From Raja brachyura (taxonomy: Eukaryota): 64,000 bases of DNA. This document shows, piece after piece, positions 36,432-47,663 of this stretch. The stretch spans positions 41,912,001 to 41,976,000 of the forward strand of contig OY740804.1 of assembly GCA_963514005.1 (NCBI GenBank), given 5' to 3'. The position numbers were made by a program, and so were the translations under genes. The number at the start of each line of letters is the position of its first letter. Position 1 is the stretch's first letter. The notes beneath the pieces are model-generated. The model was given only the letters and a program-made list of their open reading frames with translations, made no database searches and was not told where the DNA came from.

Positions 36432-37334
36432 CTTAAAGAAAATAAACTTCATTGGAATTGTTCATAAACTATCGTCGATTAATAATGACACCCAATATTC
36501 TGACCCCCCCAAAAATCACTTTTTCTGAATAAAAATAGTCGTCCACTCGCTTGGACTTCCCGAGATGCTGCTAAATTCTTTGTTTGTCACGGTACATCGA
36601 GTGCTCGTAAATGGGGACATTATTGCTCGGTAAGTCGTTGTCACAAGGATGTAATGGGCCGACTGTTCCGTTTTTGTCCTCTGTGACTGTCTGTTCTTTT
36701 AATACTCTTGATAATGTTCTCAACATGATGCACCCAGCCGCTTCGATTGTTCGCGAGTTAAAATGTAACCTATCTATGGATAGATCAGTTCCTCGCGAAT
36801 TTTATGGATGTGCTCGTGATGATAATAAATTGATCAGCTTCCTTCCAATGTAAATTTTTGTTTTTTATGATTTTGTAAATGGTGAATTGTCTCGATATTT
36901 GAAGCACCGCCTTTCGTTCCGTCACAAGAACGAACGACAGTGCTTTGGTATTATGAATATCGCTCTCGCCCCTCGGTGGCTGGAAACAAAACTCACCGTT
37001 TTATCGAAACAAGAACAGTAGATGTTGTTTGATTTTTTAAAAAAGAAGCAAAGGGCTGGAATAATTTGGCAGGTAAGGCATGTGTCACTTTTTATTGAGA
37101 CTTTAAGCCTTTGGTAGTTGTTGAGAATGGAGTTGCATCAGTGTTCCAGATGTTACGTGGCATCTGTGGATGCAGCCGCACTTTCACATCACTATATAGA
37201 CATGCATTGTCTGTCTTTAACCAGGTGGATCGTGGAGCTCAGATGATCGTTCGACAGTCAGTATGACATGAAGAATAAAACCGAACAGGGCACATTAAGT
37301 CAAGTACGTCTTCAATTGTGAAATCCCGCGCATT

Positions 37335-37584
37335 ATATGGATTGCATCATGGCCTGGTTCGGACCCCCCATCACCAAAGGGATGTATCGGAGTCGCTGCC
37401 TCAAAAAGGCAGCCAACATCATCAGAGACTCACACCATCCTGGCCACACACTCATCTCACCACTGCTATCTAGAAGAAGGTACAGGAGCCTGAAAACTGT
37501 AACGTCCAGGCTATGGAACAGCTTCTTGCCTACAACCATCAGGCTATTAAACACTACAACCTCATAAGGTCTGAACTACAATAG

Positions 37585-37621
<37 letters not shown>

Positions 37622-37999
37622 GTATACTGTTATTGTTTGTTTTGAGTATGTGTACATGTATACATGCAAACATTTTATTGTTCTATCTGGGACATAGAAA
37701 CATAGAAAATAGGTGCAGGAGTAGGCCATTCGGCCCTGCACCGCCATTCAATATGATCATGGCTGATCATTCAACTCAGTATCCTGTACCTACCTTCTCT
37801 CCATACCCCCTGATCTCTTTAGCCACAAGTGCCACATCTAACTCCCTCTTAAATATAGCCAATGAACTGGCCTCAACTACCTTCTGTGGCAGAGACTCAC
37901 CACTCTGTGTGAAAAATGTTTTCCTCATCTCGGTCCTAAAGGAATTCCCCCTTATCCTTAAATGACATATGACAATAAAACATTCTTGACTCTTGACTC
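37335..37999 (+). mobile_element. Rex1-like LINE 3' end with nested antisense CR1 fragment, in the CH1-CH2 intron
   Basis: YRSRCLKKAANIIRDSHHPGHTLISPL; CR1 tail 37692-37962 (minus); AATAAA-(CTTGACT)n tail. Confidence 0.75.
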
Positions 38000-38033
38000 C
38001 ACCCTCGGCCTCACGGTGCACCCCAACACGAAC

Positions 38034-38324
38034 CTGGTAGTCTCAACTGATACTCTTTTTGGTCGTGTTGAACTACGCAGAAGATGTTGCCTCCCCGTGT
38101 CTCGGTGATGGTTATCTCGCTGCTCCGGGTGTAAGTTCCCAACTTATTGAACACTGCCGGATAGTCCTTCACTCCGGTGGTCAGTTGTTTATCATCTTTC
38201 TTCCAAGAAACACTGGTGCCCACAGAGGAATCGCCCAACACCAAACAACCATAGGTGAACGAACCACTGGAGCCGTGATCCTCGCAGGTGAAGAGAATGA
38301 AGGGGCTGGGCGCGGATGGAGCCG
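38034..38324 (-). CDS. IGHM: IgM CH1 exon
   Basis: Acceptor TTGCAG|; AAPSAPSPFILFTCEDHGSSGSFTYGCLV...VSWKK...GTYTRSSEITI...IFCVVQH...LP; donor CCAG|GTTCGT; 291 nt, phase 1-1; light-chain-linking Cys kept. Confidence 0.92.
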
Positions 38325-39510
38325 CTGCAAGGCAAAGGCCACATGAATGTTAAACTCTCTCTCTTGCTGGTTTTGTAAAATATTCAGTGCGACGACTCAT
38401 ACAGCAATTCGCTAAGCAGTTTTCTATTTCATGCAACTTCACCACCGTATCATAAACTATTAATTAATCATTCCGCCTTGTTCCCGCCTTGGAAAACATT
38501 AGCTGAAAACGTTTTGGGGTGCCAACATCCGTCAGTTACTCTCAAATGTACGCACAATTTCGAGTTGGAAATATATCGATAGGCCTCCAGTATTCATTAC
38601 TGTAACATTCCCAGGGTTTCTCAGGAAGGCTCAGTGGCTATCACTAACGTTGGCGTATGGGTTACAATCTCACCAAACTCCTTGTTGCGACTGGGGATGA
38701 TGGAGCAAGGGTGGAACTACGGGATACACCTATTGTATATTGTCTAAAATAGCAGACAAAATTTCGTTTCCAACATTCCATTTCATTTCCCAATTTTTCA
38801 TTTCTTTACCGTAACTATTCGCAAAACTGAACATGTTGATTAGCAATTTACTAAATAGGGGAACATTTTATGTTTAAATGACATTGGGAGCCAGAGACAA
38901 ACACCAATTCAAATTATCTTTCTAATAAATCCATGGATTAAAAGTTATTCCAAAACAACAGCTGTTCCGAAATCACCCCACTTTAGATTCAACGCATTTT
39001 CCAAATGGGTAAACTCGTGATCTTTGACAGAAAACAGATAAATGGGTCATTGGGTTGGGCAGCATTTGTGGAAAGAGAAAACCTAGCATTTTCCAGGTTG
39101 ACTGTCGTTGGGAGACTAAACCATGGCACATTCCGTTTCGATTAGAAATGTAGCATAGAAATAGTTCCTTCTGCCAACCAAATCCACGGCGATGCATCAC
39201 AGACCAAGAACCACAACAATCTCAAACAATTAGAAAGCATAGTGAAAGCAAATTGATGCACATTCTTCCACTAATTAAGAACAAAACTATATCCGTTTCA
39301 TAGTCAAAGGATCGAAAGTCATAGCACATAAGGCAAGTTTAAATGGGGGATCTCACTGCAGCGGAATCACATAACATTCTAAAGCAACATCGATCCGACG
39401 TTGCAATGAATGGGTAATTAATGTAGAAGAACAATTTAATACAATTCTTGGAAATATAGTCAAATTACAACTGGATGCATCTAGATACGGAATAGGATGA
39501 AGTTTCTTAC

Positions 39511-39873
39511 CGCTGGTTACCGTCACCATGGTGCCTCGTCCCCAGTATTCAAGAAACCTGTGGTTATATCTCGCACAGTAATAGACAGCGGTGTCTTCGA
39601 TCCCCAGGTTCCTGGCCGTCACGATGAACATATTATTCGAATTGTCTTTGGACGGAGTAAATCGGCTTTCTATCCCTGGAGCGAAGTACTTGGTGTTAGA
39701 CTGACTGTAGTAGAGAAGCAGCCACTCCAGCTCCTGCCCGGGGACCTGACGGACCAAAGACATCCAGGAGATGCTAAGAGTGAACCCGCTGGTTTTGCAG
39801 GGTATTGTGATGGAGCCTCCAGGACGGGCGGTCTCTGTCTTGGGCTGAGTTAGAACGACTTCGGAATGGACGC
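39511..39873 (-). CDS. IGHV: Pre-joined VH-D-JH exon (RVHS-EVVLTQPKTETARPGGSITIPCKTSGFTLSISWMSLVRQVPGQELEWLLLYYSQSNTKYFAPGIESRFTPSKDNSNNMFIVTARNLGIEDTAVYYCARYNHRFLEYWGRGTMVTVTS)
   Basis: Acceptor TTGCAG|. Both V-domain Cys present. YYCAR runs in frame into JH WGxGTMVTVTS with no heptamer/nonamer. Donor G|GTAAGA. CKTSGF and VRQVPGQ motifs typical of elasmobranch IgM VH. Confidence 0.96.
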
Positions 39874-40047
39874 CTGCAAGTTAAAAAAGGCATGAATGGT
39901 GAGGATAAAACATTGACCATTAATCCCCGACTCTAATTAACAAGAGGAAAGAAATTGGGAGGGTTCTAGAGTGGGTAGAAGGGGGACGGTGTAGGGGATA
40001 TACCACTGAGAAACTTGCTTGAGGAATTTGTCCAACTCATTACTCAC

Positions 40048-40093
40048 GGACTATTAGCGCCAGGAACAGGCTCAGTGAAACCGCCGACCTCAT
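40048..40093 (-). CDS. IGHV: IgH leader exon (MRSAVSLSLFLALIV-)
   Basis: 46-nt exon from ATG at 40093, hydrophobic signal peptide, phase-1 donor C|GTGAGT, 174-bp intron to the V exon. Confidence 0.92.
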
Positions 40094-40300
40094 CCCGCTG
40101 GGAAGTGTGACTCGGTTATTTCTGTACAGAACCTCGTAACAAACCACTGCAAGGAAGTTGGACTTCAGACCCTCTTCGAGATAATTAAATACCCGGCAAA
40201 AGAGGGTGCGGCTGTGGGCCGGCCCCGTAAACCGAGAGATGCAGCGGGCGGACCTGAGACACGGCTCCCAACTCAGCAGCAAGATGGACTCAAGCTTTCA
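40094..40300 (-). promoter_or_regulatory. Putative VH promoter / 5' UTR with TATA-like TATTTAATTAT (40181-40191); no octamer seen
   Basis: AT-rich box about 90 nt upstream of the ATG, with a CpG-rich stretch further upstream. No ATGCAAAT seen before the CR1 elements that start at about 40452. Confidence 0.5.
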
Positions 40301-40627
40301 CATCTATTAACTGATACAGATGCACAAGAGGTTAATAAAACAGCGTGCTTTTCCGCCCCTTACACAATATAAACTCATGGAATAGTTCTAAATAAGATGG
40401 TTTAAAGATTGGTGTCATAGTGCAGTTTTTTCGTAAAATATGTTACGAACCCTAAGGGGAGATCATTTAAGACTGAGCTGAGAAAAAACGTTTTCACCCA
40501 GAGAGTTGTGAATTTATGTAATTCCCTGCCACAGATGGATGGATTTGTGAGAGAGTTAGATAGAGCTCTAGGGGCTAGTGGAGTCAAGGGATTTGGGGAG
40601 AAGGCAGGCACGGGTTATTGATAGGGG

Positions 40628-43490
40628 ACATAGAAACATAGAAAATAGGTGCAGGAGTAGGCCATTCGGCCCTTCGAGTATCCTGTACCTGCCTTCTCTC
40701 CATACCCCCTGATCCCTTTAGCCACAAGGGCCACATCTTACTCCCTCTTAAATATAGCCAACGAACTGGCCTCAACTACCTTCTGTGGCAGAGAATTCCA
40801 CAGATTCACCACTTTCTGTGTGGAAAATTATTTTTTCATCTCGGTCCTAAAAGACTTCCCTCTTATCCTTAAACTGTGACCCCTTGTCTTGGACTTCGCC
40901 AACATCGGGAACAATCTTCCTGCGTCTACCCTGTCCAACCCCTTAAGAATTTTGTAAGTCTCTATGAGATCCCACCTCAATCTTCTAAATTCCAGCGAGT
41001 GCAAGCCGAGTCTATCCAGTCTTTCTTCATATGGAAGTCCTGCCATGCCAGGAATCAGTCTGGTGAACCTTCTCTGTACTCCCTCTATGGCAAGAATGTC
41101 TTTCCTCAGATTAGGAGACCAAAACTGTACGCAATACTCCAGGTCTGGCCTCACCAAGACCCTGTACAACTGCATTAGAACCTACCTACTCTTGTACTCA
41201 AATTCTTTTGCTATGAATGCCAACATACCATTCACTTTCGTCACAGCCTGCTGCACCTGCATGCCTACTTTCAATGACTGGTGTACCATGACACCCAGGT
41301 CTCGTTGCATCTCCCCTTTTCCTAATCGGTCACCATTCAAATAATAGTCTACTTTCCTGTTTTTGCCACCAAAGTGGATAACCTCACATTTATCCACATT
41401 ATACTGCATCTGCCATGCATTTGCCCACTCACCCAGCCTATCCAAGTCACATTGCAGCCTCCTAGCATCCTCCTCACAGCTAACACTGCCCCCCAGCTTC
41501 GTGTCATCTGCAAACTTGGAGATGTTGCATTTAATTCCCTCATCCAAATCATTAATATATATTGTAAATAGCCGGGGTCCCAGCACTGAGCCTTGCGGCA
41601 CCCCACTAGTCACTGCCTGCCATCCTGAAAAGGACCTGTTCACTCCTACTCTTTGCTTCCTGTCTGCCAGCCAGTTCTCTATCCACATCAATATTGAACT
41701 CCCAATACCGTGTGCTTTAAGTTTGTATACTAATCTCTTGTGTGGGACCTTGTCGAAAGCCTTCTGAAAGTCCAGATATAACACATCCACTGGTTCTCCC
41801 TTATCCACTCTATTAGTTACATCCTCAAAAAATTCAATGAGGTTCTTCAGACATGATTTACCTTTCGTAAATCCATGCTGACTTTGGTCCAATGATTTCA
41901 CCACTTTCCAAATGCGCTGCTATCCCATCTTTAATAACTGACTCTAGCAGTTTCCCCACTACGGATGTTAGAATAACTGGTCTGTAATTCCCCATTTTCT
42001 CTCTCCCTTTTTGAAAAGTGGGGTTACATTACCTACCCTCCAATCCTCAGGAACTACTCCAGGAGCTAAAGAATTTTGAAAAATTATCACTATGGCATCC
42101 CCTATTACTTCCTTAAGTACCCTGGGATGCAGCCTATCTGGCCCTGGGGATTTATCGGCCTTTAATCCATTCAATTTACTTAAAACCATTTTCTGGCTAA
42201 CCTGGATTGCACTCAGTTCCTCCATCACATTTGACCGGCGATCCCCTGCTATTTCTGGCAAATTGTTTATGTCTTCCTTAGTGAAGACAGAACCAAAGTA
42301 GTTATTCAATTGATCTGCCATGTCCTTGTTCCCCATGAATAATTCACCTGTTTCTGACTGCAAGGGACATTTGTTTTAACTAATCTTTTTCACTTCACAT
42401 ATCGATAAAAACTTTTGCAGTGAGTTTTTATGTTCCCTGCCAGTTTTCTTTCATAATCCATTTTCCCTTTCCTAATTAAGCGCTTTGTCCTCCTCTGTTG
42501 GACTCTGAATTTCTCCCATTTCTCTAGTAAGCTGATTTCTCTGGCTAATTTGTACGCTTCATCTTTTGCTTTGATACTATCCCTGATTTCCCTTGTCATC
42601 CACGGATGCACTACCTTCCCTGATTTATTCTTTTGCCATACTGGGATGAACAATTGTTGTAGTTCATCCATGCAGTCTTTAAATGCCTTCCATTGCATAT
42701 CCACCGTCAACCCTTCAAGAATCAATTGCCAGTCTATCTTGGCCAATTCACGTCTCATACCCTCAAAGTTACCTTTCTTTAAGTTCAGGACCCATGTTTC
42801 TGAATTAACAATGTCACTCTCCATCCTAATGAAGAACTCAACCATATTATGGTCACTATTGCCCAAGGGGCCACGCACAACAAGGCTGCTATCTAACTCT
42901 TCCTCATTACTCAATACCAAGTCTAGAACAGCCTGCTCTCTCGTTGGTTCCTCTACATGTTGGTTTAGAAAACTATCCCGCATAAATTCCAAGAAATCCT
43001 CTTCCTCAGCACCCCTGCCAATGTGATTCACCCAATCTATATGTAGATTGAAGTCACTTCTTAACTGTTTTAATAACTGTTTTACCTTTGTTGCACGCAT
43101 TTCTAATTTCCTGTTTGATGCCATCCCCAACTCCACTACTATTGTTAGGTGGCCTGTACACAACTCCCACTAGCGTTGTCTGCCCCTTAGTGTTTCGCTG
43201 CTCTACCCATATCGATTCCACATCCTCCAAGCTAATGTCCTTCCTTTCTATTGCGTTAATCTCCTCTCTAACCAGCAACGCGACCCCACCTCCTTTTCCT
43301 CTCTGTCTATCCCTCCTGAATATTGAATATCCCTGGATGTTCAGCTCCCAGCCTTAGTCACCCTGGAGTCATGTCTCCATGATCCCAACTATGTCATAAT
43401 CATTAATAGCTTTCTGCACATTCAACTCATCCACCTTATTACGAATGCTCCTTGCATTGAGACACAAAGCCTTCAGGCTTGTTTTTACAA
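40628..43490 (-). mobile_element. Long CR1 LINE (APE + RT ORF2, frameshifted)
   Basis: VGVVYRPPN, LGNSDHN, KSPGPD, QHGFTKGKSCL, YLDFQKAFDKVPH, VPQGSVLGP, KFADDTKL; (TTTCTATG)n tail at ~40629. Confidence 0.93.
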
Positions 43491-44983
43491 TGCTCTGCCA
43501 TGATCCCAATGAATGGCGGTGCTGGCTCGGAGGGCCGAATGGCCTCCTCCTGCACCTATTTTCTATGTTTCTATGAATTCCTCAAATTTATATTAAAATG
43601 CTTCTGGGTGTGCGTGTGCTTGCGTGTGTGAGAGCGAGAGAGAGGAGAGGTGAGAAAAAATATTTGAGCAAGAAAGACAGACATACAGACAGACAGACAG
43701 ACAGTCAGACAGACAGACATACAGACACACAGACACACAGACACACAGACAGACAGACATGCCTTCATTTTTAGGTAAACACAAAATGCTGGAGAAACTC
43801 AGCGGGACAGGCAGCATCTCTGGAGAGAAGGAATGTGTGACATTTTGGGTCGAGACCCTAATCCAGACCTCCAGAAATGCTGCCTGTCCCGTTGAGTTAC
43901 TCCAGCATTTTGTGTCGATTTAGAGCAGCATCTGCAGTTCTTTCCTACACATTCGTTGTTATCAATATGAGCCGTTCGAACAATATTGGGACTGTCCATT
44001 CCAATATCAAGATACATTTATTTGTCACATGTACTAGTTGGTGCAGTGAAATGCATGGTCACCATACAGCCACAAAGATAAAATGTCAATATCGAGATTG
44101 GTTACATAAAAAGGAGGGGAAATTGATAACAAAACAAACACAAAATTCTATTAAAATGTCATGAAGAGATCGGAAGGAAATTAATGGATGGCATAATGCA
44201 GGAGGGGAATTGTAGATCTGTGGAGTGTTTGGAGAAATGATTGGCATTAGGGGTGATTCATCTGGTGTTGATTTTCAGATGCTGCTTCCAAAGAGCAAAG
44301 ATGAATGAAGGTGCATTCTATCTGGATGGATTTAAGAGAGAGTTGGATAGAGCTCTAGGGGCTAGTGGAGTCAAGGGATATGGGGAGAAGGCAGGCACGG
44401 GTTATTGATAGCGAACGATCAGCCATGATCACAATGAATGGCGGTGCTGGCTGGAAGGGCCGAATGGCCTCCTCCTGCAGCTATTTTCTATGTTTCTATG
44501 TTTCTAACCAATCAATCAATGAGCATATTTGTGGACAGTGTTTCAATGATTCAGACTGCACTGGTTGGGTGGATGGTGTGGAAAATTCTAATAGAGATAT
44601 CTGAAGAAGAATCCACTAGAGTTATCTGAGGAGATAGATAGAAACAGTCGTTAACTGTTTACAGTAGTTGATCAGCCATGATCATATTGAATGGTGGTGC
44701 AGAATCGAAGGGCCGAATGGCCTACTCCGGCACCTATTTTCTATGTTTCTATGTTACCGACTTGTGAGGAAAACACGAGGAGTATCAAAAATTTGAGGTG
44801 CATACAGGCAATTAAAGTTTCCTGCGTTCCAACATAGTATTCTTCTATGACTTGAATTTTAACTTATTGTCTTTTCTATGCATCTGTGAATGTGTCACGT
44901 GTGGCATTCATATGTATGCAGAGAATGTTATTGATCTCAGCCATTGTTAGTAAATAAAGGCATATGATACATGTTCACAGTTA

Positions 44984-46005
44984 AGTTCAAGTTCAAGTCC
45001 AAGTTCAAGTGAGTTTATTGTCATGTGTCCCTGATAGGACAATGAAATTCTTGCTTTGCTTCAGCACAACAGAACATAATAGGCATTGACTACAAAACAG
45101 ATCAGTGTGACCATTACCATTACCATATACCATTATATAGGTAAATACACACATGAATAAATATACTGATAAAGTGCAAATAACAAACAATGGATCATTA
45201 ATGTTCAGAGCTTTGTCTGAGCCAGGTTTAATAGCCTGATGGCTGTGGGGAAGTAGCTATTCCTGAACCTGGTCATTGCAGTCTTCAGGCTTCTATACCT
45301 TCTACCTGAAGGCAGCAGGGAGATGAGTTTGTGGCCAGGATTGTGTGTGTCCTTGATGATGCTGCCAGCCTTTTTGAGGCAGCGACTACAATAAATCTCC
45401 TCGATGGAAGGAAGGTCAGAGCCGATGATGGACTGGGCAGTGTTTACTACTTTTTGTAGTCTTTTCCTCTCCAGTGTGCTCAAGTTGCCGAACCAAGCCA
45501 CGATGCAACCGGTCGGCATGCTCTCTACTGTGCACCTGTAGAAGTTAGAGAGAGTCCTCCTTGACAAACCGACTCTCCGTAATCTTCTCAGGAAGTAGAG
45601 GCGCTGAAGTGCTTTCTTGATAATTGCATCAGTGTTCTTGGACCAGGAAAGATGTTCAGAGATGTGCACGCCCAGGAATTTGAAACTCTTGACCCTTTCA
45701 ACCATCGACCCGTTGATATAAACGGGACTGTGGGTCCCCATCCTGAAATACAATCACAGCGAATGGAGGCTCGGGAAGGCACATAGGTGATCTCCCTATC
45801 AAAGCGTGCGTAAAACGCATTGAGCTCATCAGGGAGTGATGTATCGCCGACATTCGAGCTGCCTCCTGACTTTGCCTTGTTGGAGGTGATTGCATTCAGG
45901 CCCCGCCACAGCTGCCGAGTATCTGTCTCATCCTCCAGCTGGATCAGAACTACCTTTTGGCCTTTTTGATGGCCTTACCAAGGTCGTATCTGGACTTCTT
46001 GTAGT
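44984..46005 (-). mobile_element. Rex1/Babar-like LINE 3' part
   Basis: VERVKSFKFLGVHISEHLSWS..KKALQRLYFLRRL..FYRCTVES..CIVAWFGN; (ACTTGA)n tail after AATAAA. Confidence 0.85.
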
Positions 46006-46606
46006 TAACCTAGCTTTGTAGAAAACATTATTGACTAACATCACCCATATGCGCTTCAACTTTATTTATTTTACAGGAGAGAACGTTGACAATTTAAAAT
46101 AAATGTCACTGATGTAATCTGTTCAGAGATTTGCATTTCTTCCTCATTTTATCTGTTTTCCGCCCGTGGGGAAACATTGATTCTGTTTCTGTCCTTCAGT
46201 AAACGAACCTGGGTCTGGGGCTGTTTCAATCAGTGTTTATTTAAATCAGCTCATCTCTGTTTCCAGCCATTTTTAGAGCAACACAAACAAGGCAATGAAG
46301 ATATAATTATCGACGCGATTATATGTTTTAACGATATTGGCAGTTGGCGCAAATCAACTAAATTCTCCAAGGGTGTCTATTTTATCATATCTTGTTCAAA
46401 TAAAATGATGTGATTTTATATTACGGATTCACTTCAGAATATTATTTTGCTGTCCACTTGAATCTCCACTTGAAGAAATGTCTAAGCACGCGAGGTCAAT
46501 GGAGGAAGCGAGTTCTTTCCACACCTCCACTGTAGGTTTTTCATTATAAACGCACATACACTTATGCACACACGAATACACACACACACGAACACATACA
46601 CACTCA

Positions 46607-47244
46607 NNNNNNNNNNNNNNNNNNNNNNNNNNNNNNNNNNNNNNNNNNNNNNNNNNNNNNNNNNNNNNNNNNNNNNNNNNNNNNNNNNNNNNNNNNNNNN
46701 NNNNNNNNNNNNNNNNNNNNNNNNNNNNNNNNNNNNNNNNNNNNNNNNNNNNNNNNNNNNNNNNNNNNNNNNNNNNNNNNNNNNNNNNNNNNNNNNNNNN
46801 NNNNNNNNNNNNNNNNNNNNNNNNNNNNNNNNNNNNNNNNNNNNNNNNNNNNNNNNNNNNNNNNNNNNNNNNNNNNNNNNNNNNNNNNNNNNNNNNNNNN
46901 NNNNNNNNNNNNNNNNNNNNNNNNNNNNNNNNNNNNNNNNNNNNNNNNNNNNNNNNNNNNNNNNNNNNNNNNNNNNNNNNNNNNNNNNNNNNNNNNNNNN
47001 NNNNNNNNNNNNNNNNNNNNNNNNNNNNNNNNNNNNNNNNNNNNNNNNNNNNNNNNNNNNNNNNNNNNNNNNNNNNNNNNNNNNNNNNNNNNNNNNNNNN
47101 NNNNNNNNNNNNNNNNNNNNNNNNNNNNNNNNNNNNNNNNNNNNNNNNNNNNNNNNNNNNNNNNNNNNNNNNNNNNNNNNNNNNNNNNNNNNNNNNNNNN
47201 NNNNNNNNNNNNNNNNNNNNNNNNNNNNNNNNNNNNNNNNNNNN
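46607..47244. other. Assembly gap
   Basis: Run of N. Confidence 1.
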
Positions 47245-47622
47245 CATATTATTTCCTTCTCTGGACAGGGATGAACACATTTTGGAATTCATCCATGCGG
47301 TCTTTAAATATTTGCGATTGCATCTCCACCATCAACACTTTAAGTATAATTTGCCCGTCTATCTGAGCAATTCCTGACTCATACCCTCAACGTCTCTTAA
47401 TAGTTACTTAATAATATTAGGCTTGGTGCTGCATATAAAAGATGCTTCAATCCCTTTTGTTACTACATATGGTCTTGGAAACAACACATCATTCCTCCAC
47501 AGTGAACATATTATAATCAGTTACCATTTAAATCGGAAAAGGCATTTCCCTCACATTTGCTTCACTCACGCTTAAATCCATTTTAATTTAAGTGAAGCCG
47601 CGACCATTCAATGATCATCAAT

Positions 47623-47663
47623 GATAGTCTGAGGAAGGGTCTCGACCCGAAACGTCGCCTATC
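47623..47663 (+). ncRNA. Candidate minimal hammerhead ribozyme in a Penelope-like terminal repeat
   Basis: CTGAGGA-A-GGGT(CTCG)ACCC-GAAA-CGTC: catalytic boxes, stem II, palindromic ACGT stem III and GUC triplet. Confidence 0.55.

Larger units (their letters stand above)
28563..40093 (-). other. IGHM: Complete IgM heavy-chain cluster with germline-joined VDJ (L, VDJ, CH1-CH4/sec, TM1, TM2)
   Basis: Eight exons read by hand, all GT-AG with compatible phases. Secreted CDS 46+363+291+312+303+392=1707 nt (568 aa). Membrane CDS 1782 nt (593 aa). No stops or frameshifts. Confidence 0.95.

Noticed and set aside
39556-39582. RSS-like heptamers near the junction (TACTGTG in FR3, CACAGG in CDR3)
   Set aside because: TACTGTG is simply the Tyr-Cys-Ala coding sequence; neither has a nonamer at 12/23 spacing.
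39511-39873. Processed (retrotransposed) Ig pseudogene as the origin of the joined VDJ
   Set aside because: Leader-V and all constant-region introns are present, and there is no poly(A) tract or TSD.
28563-40093. IgW or IgNAR identity
   Set aside because: Four C domains, the mu-type [13 protein letters not shown] tail, KVK cytoplasmic tail and a conventional VH with full FR2/CDR2 indicate IgM.
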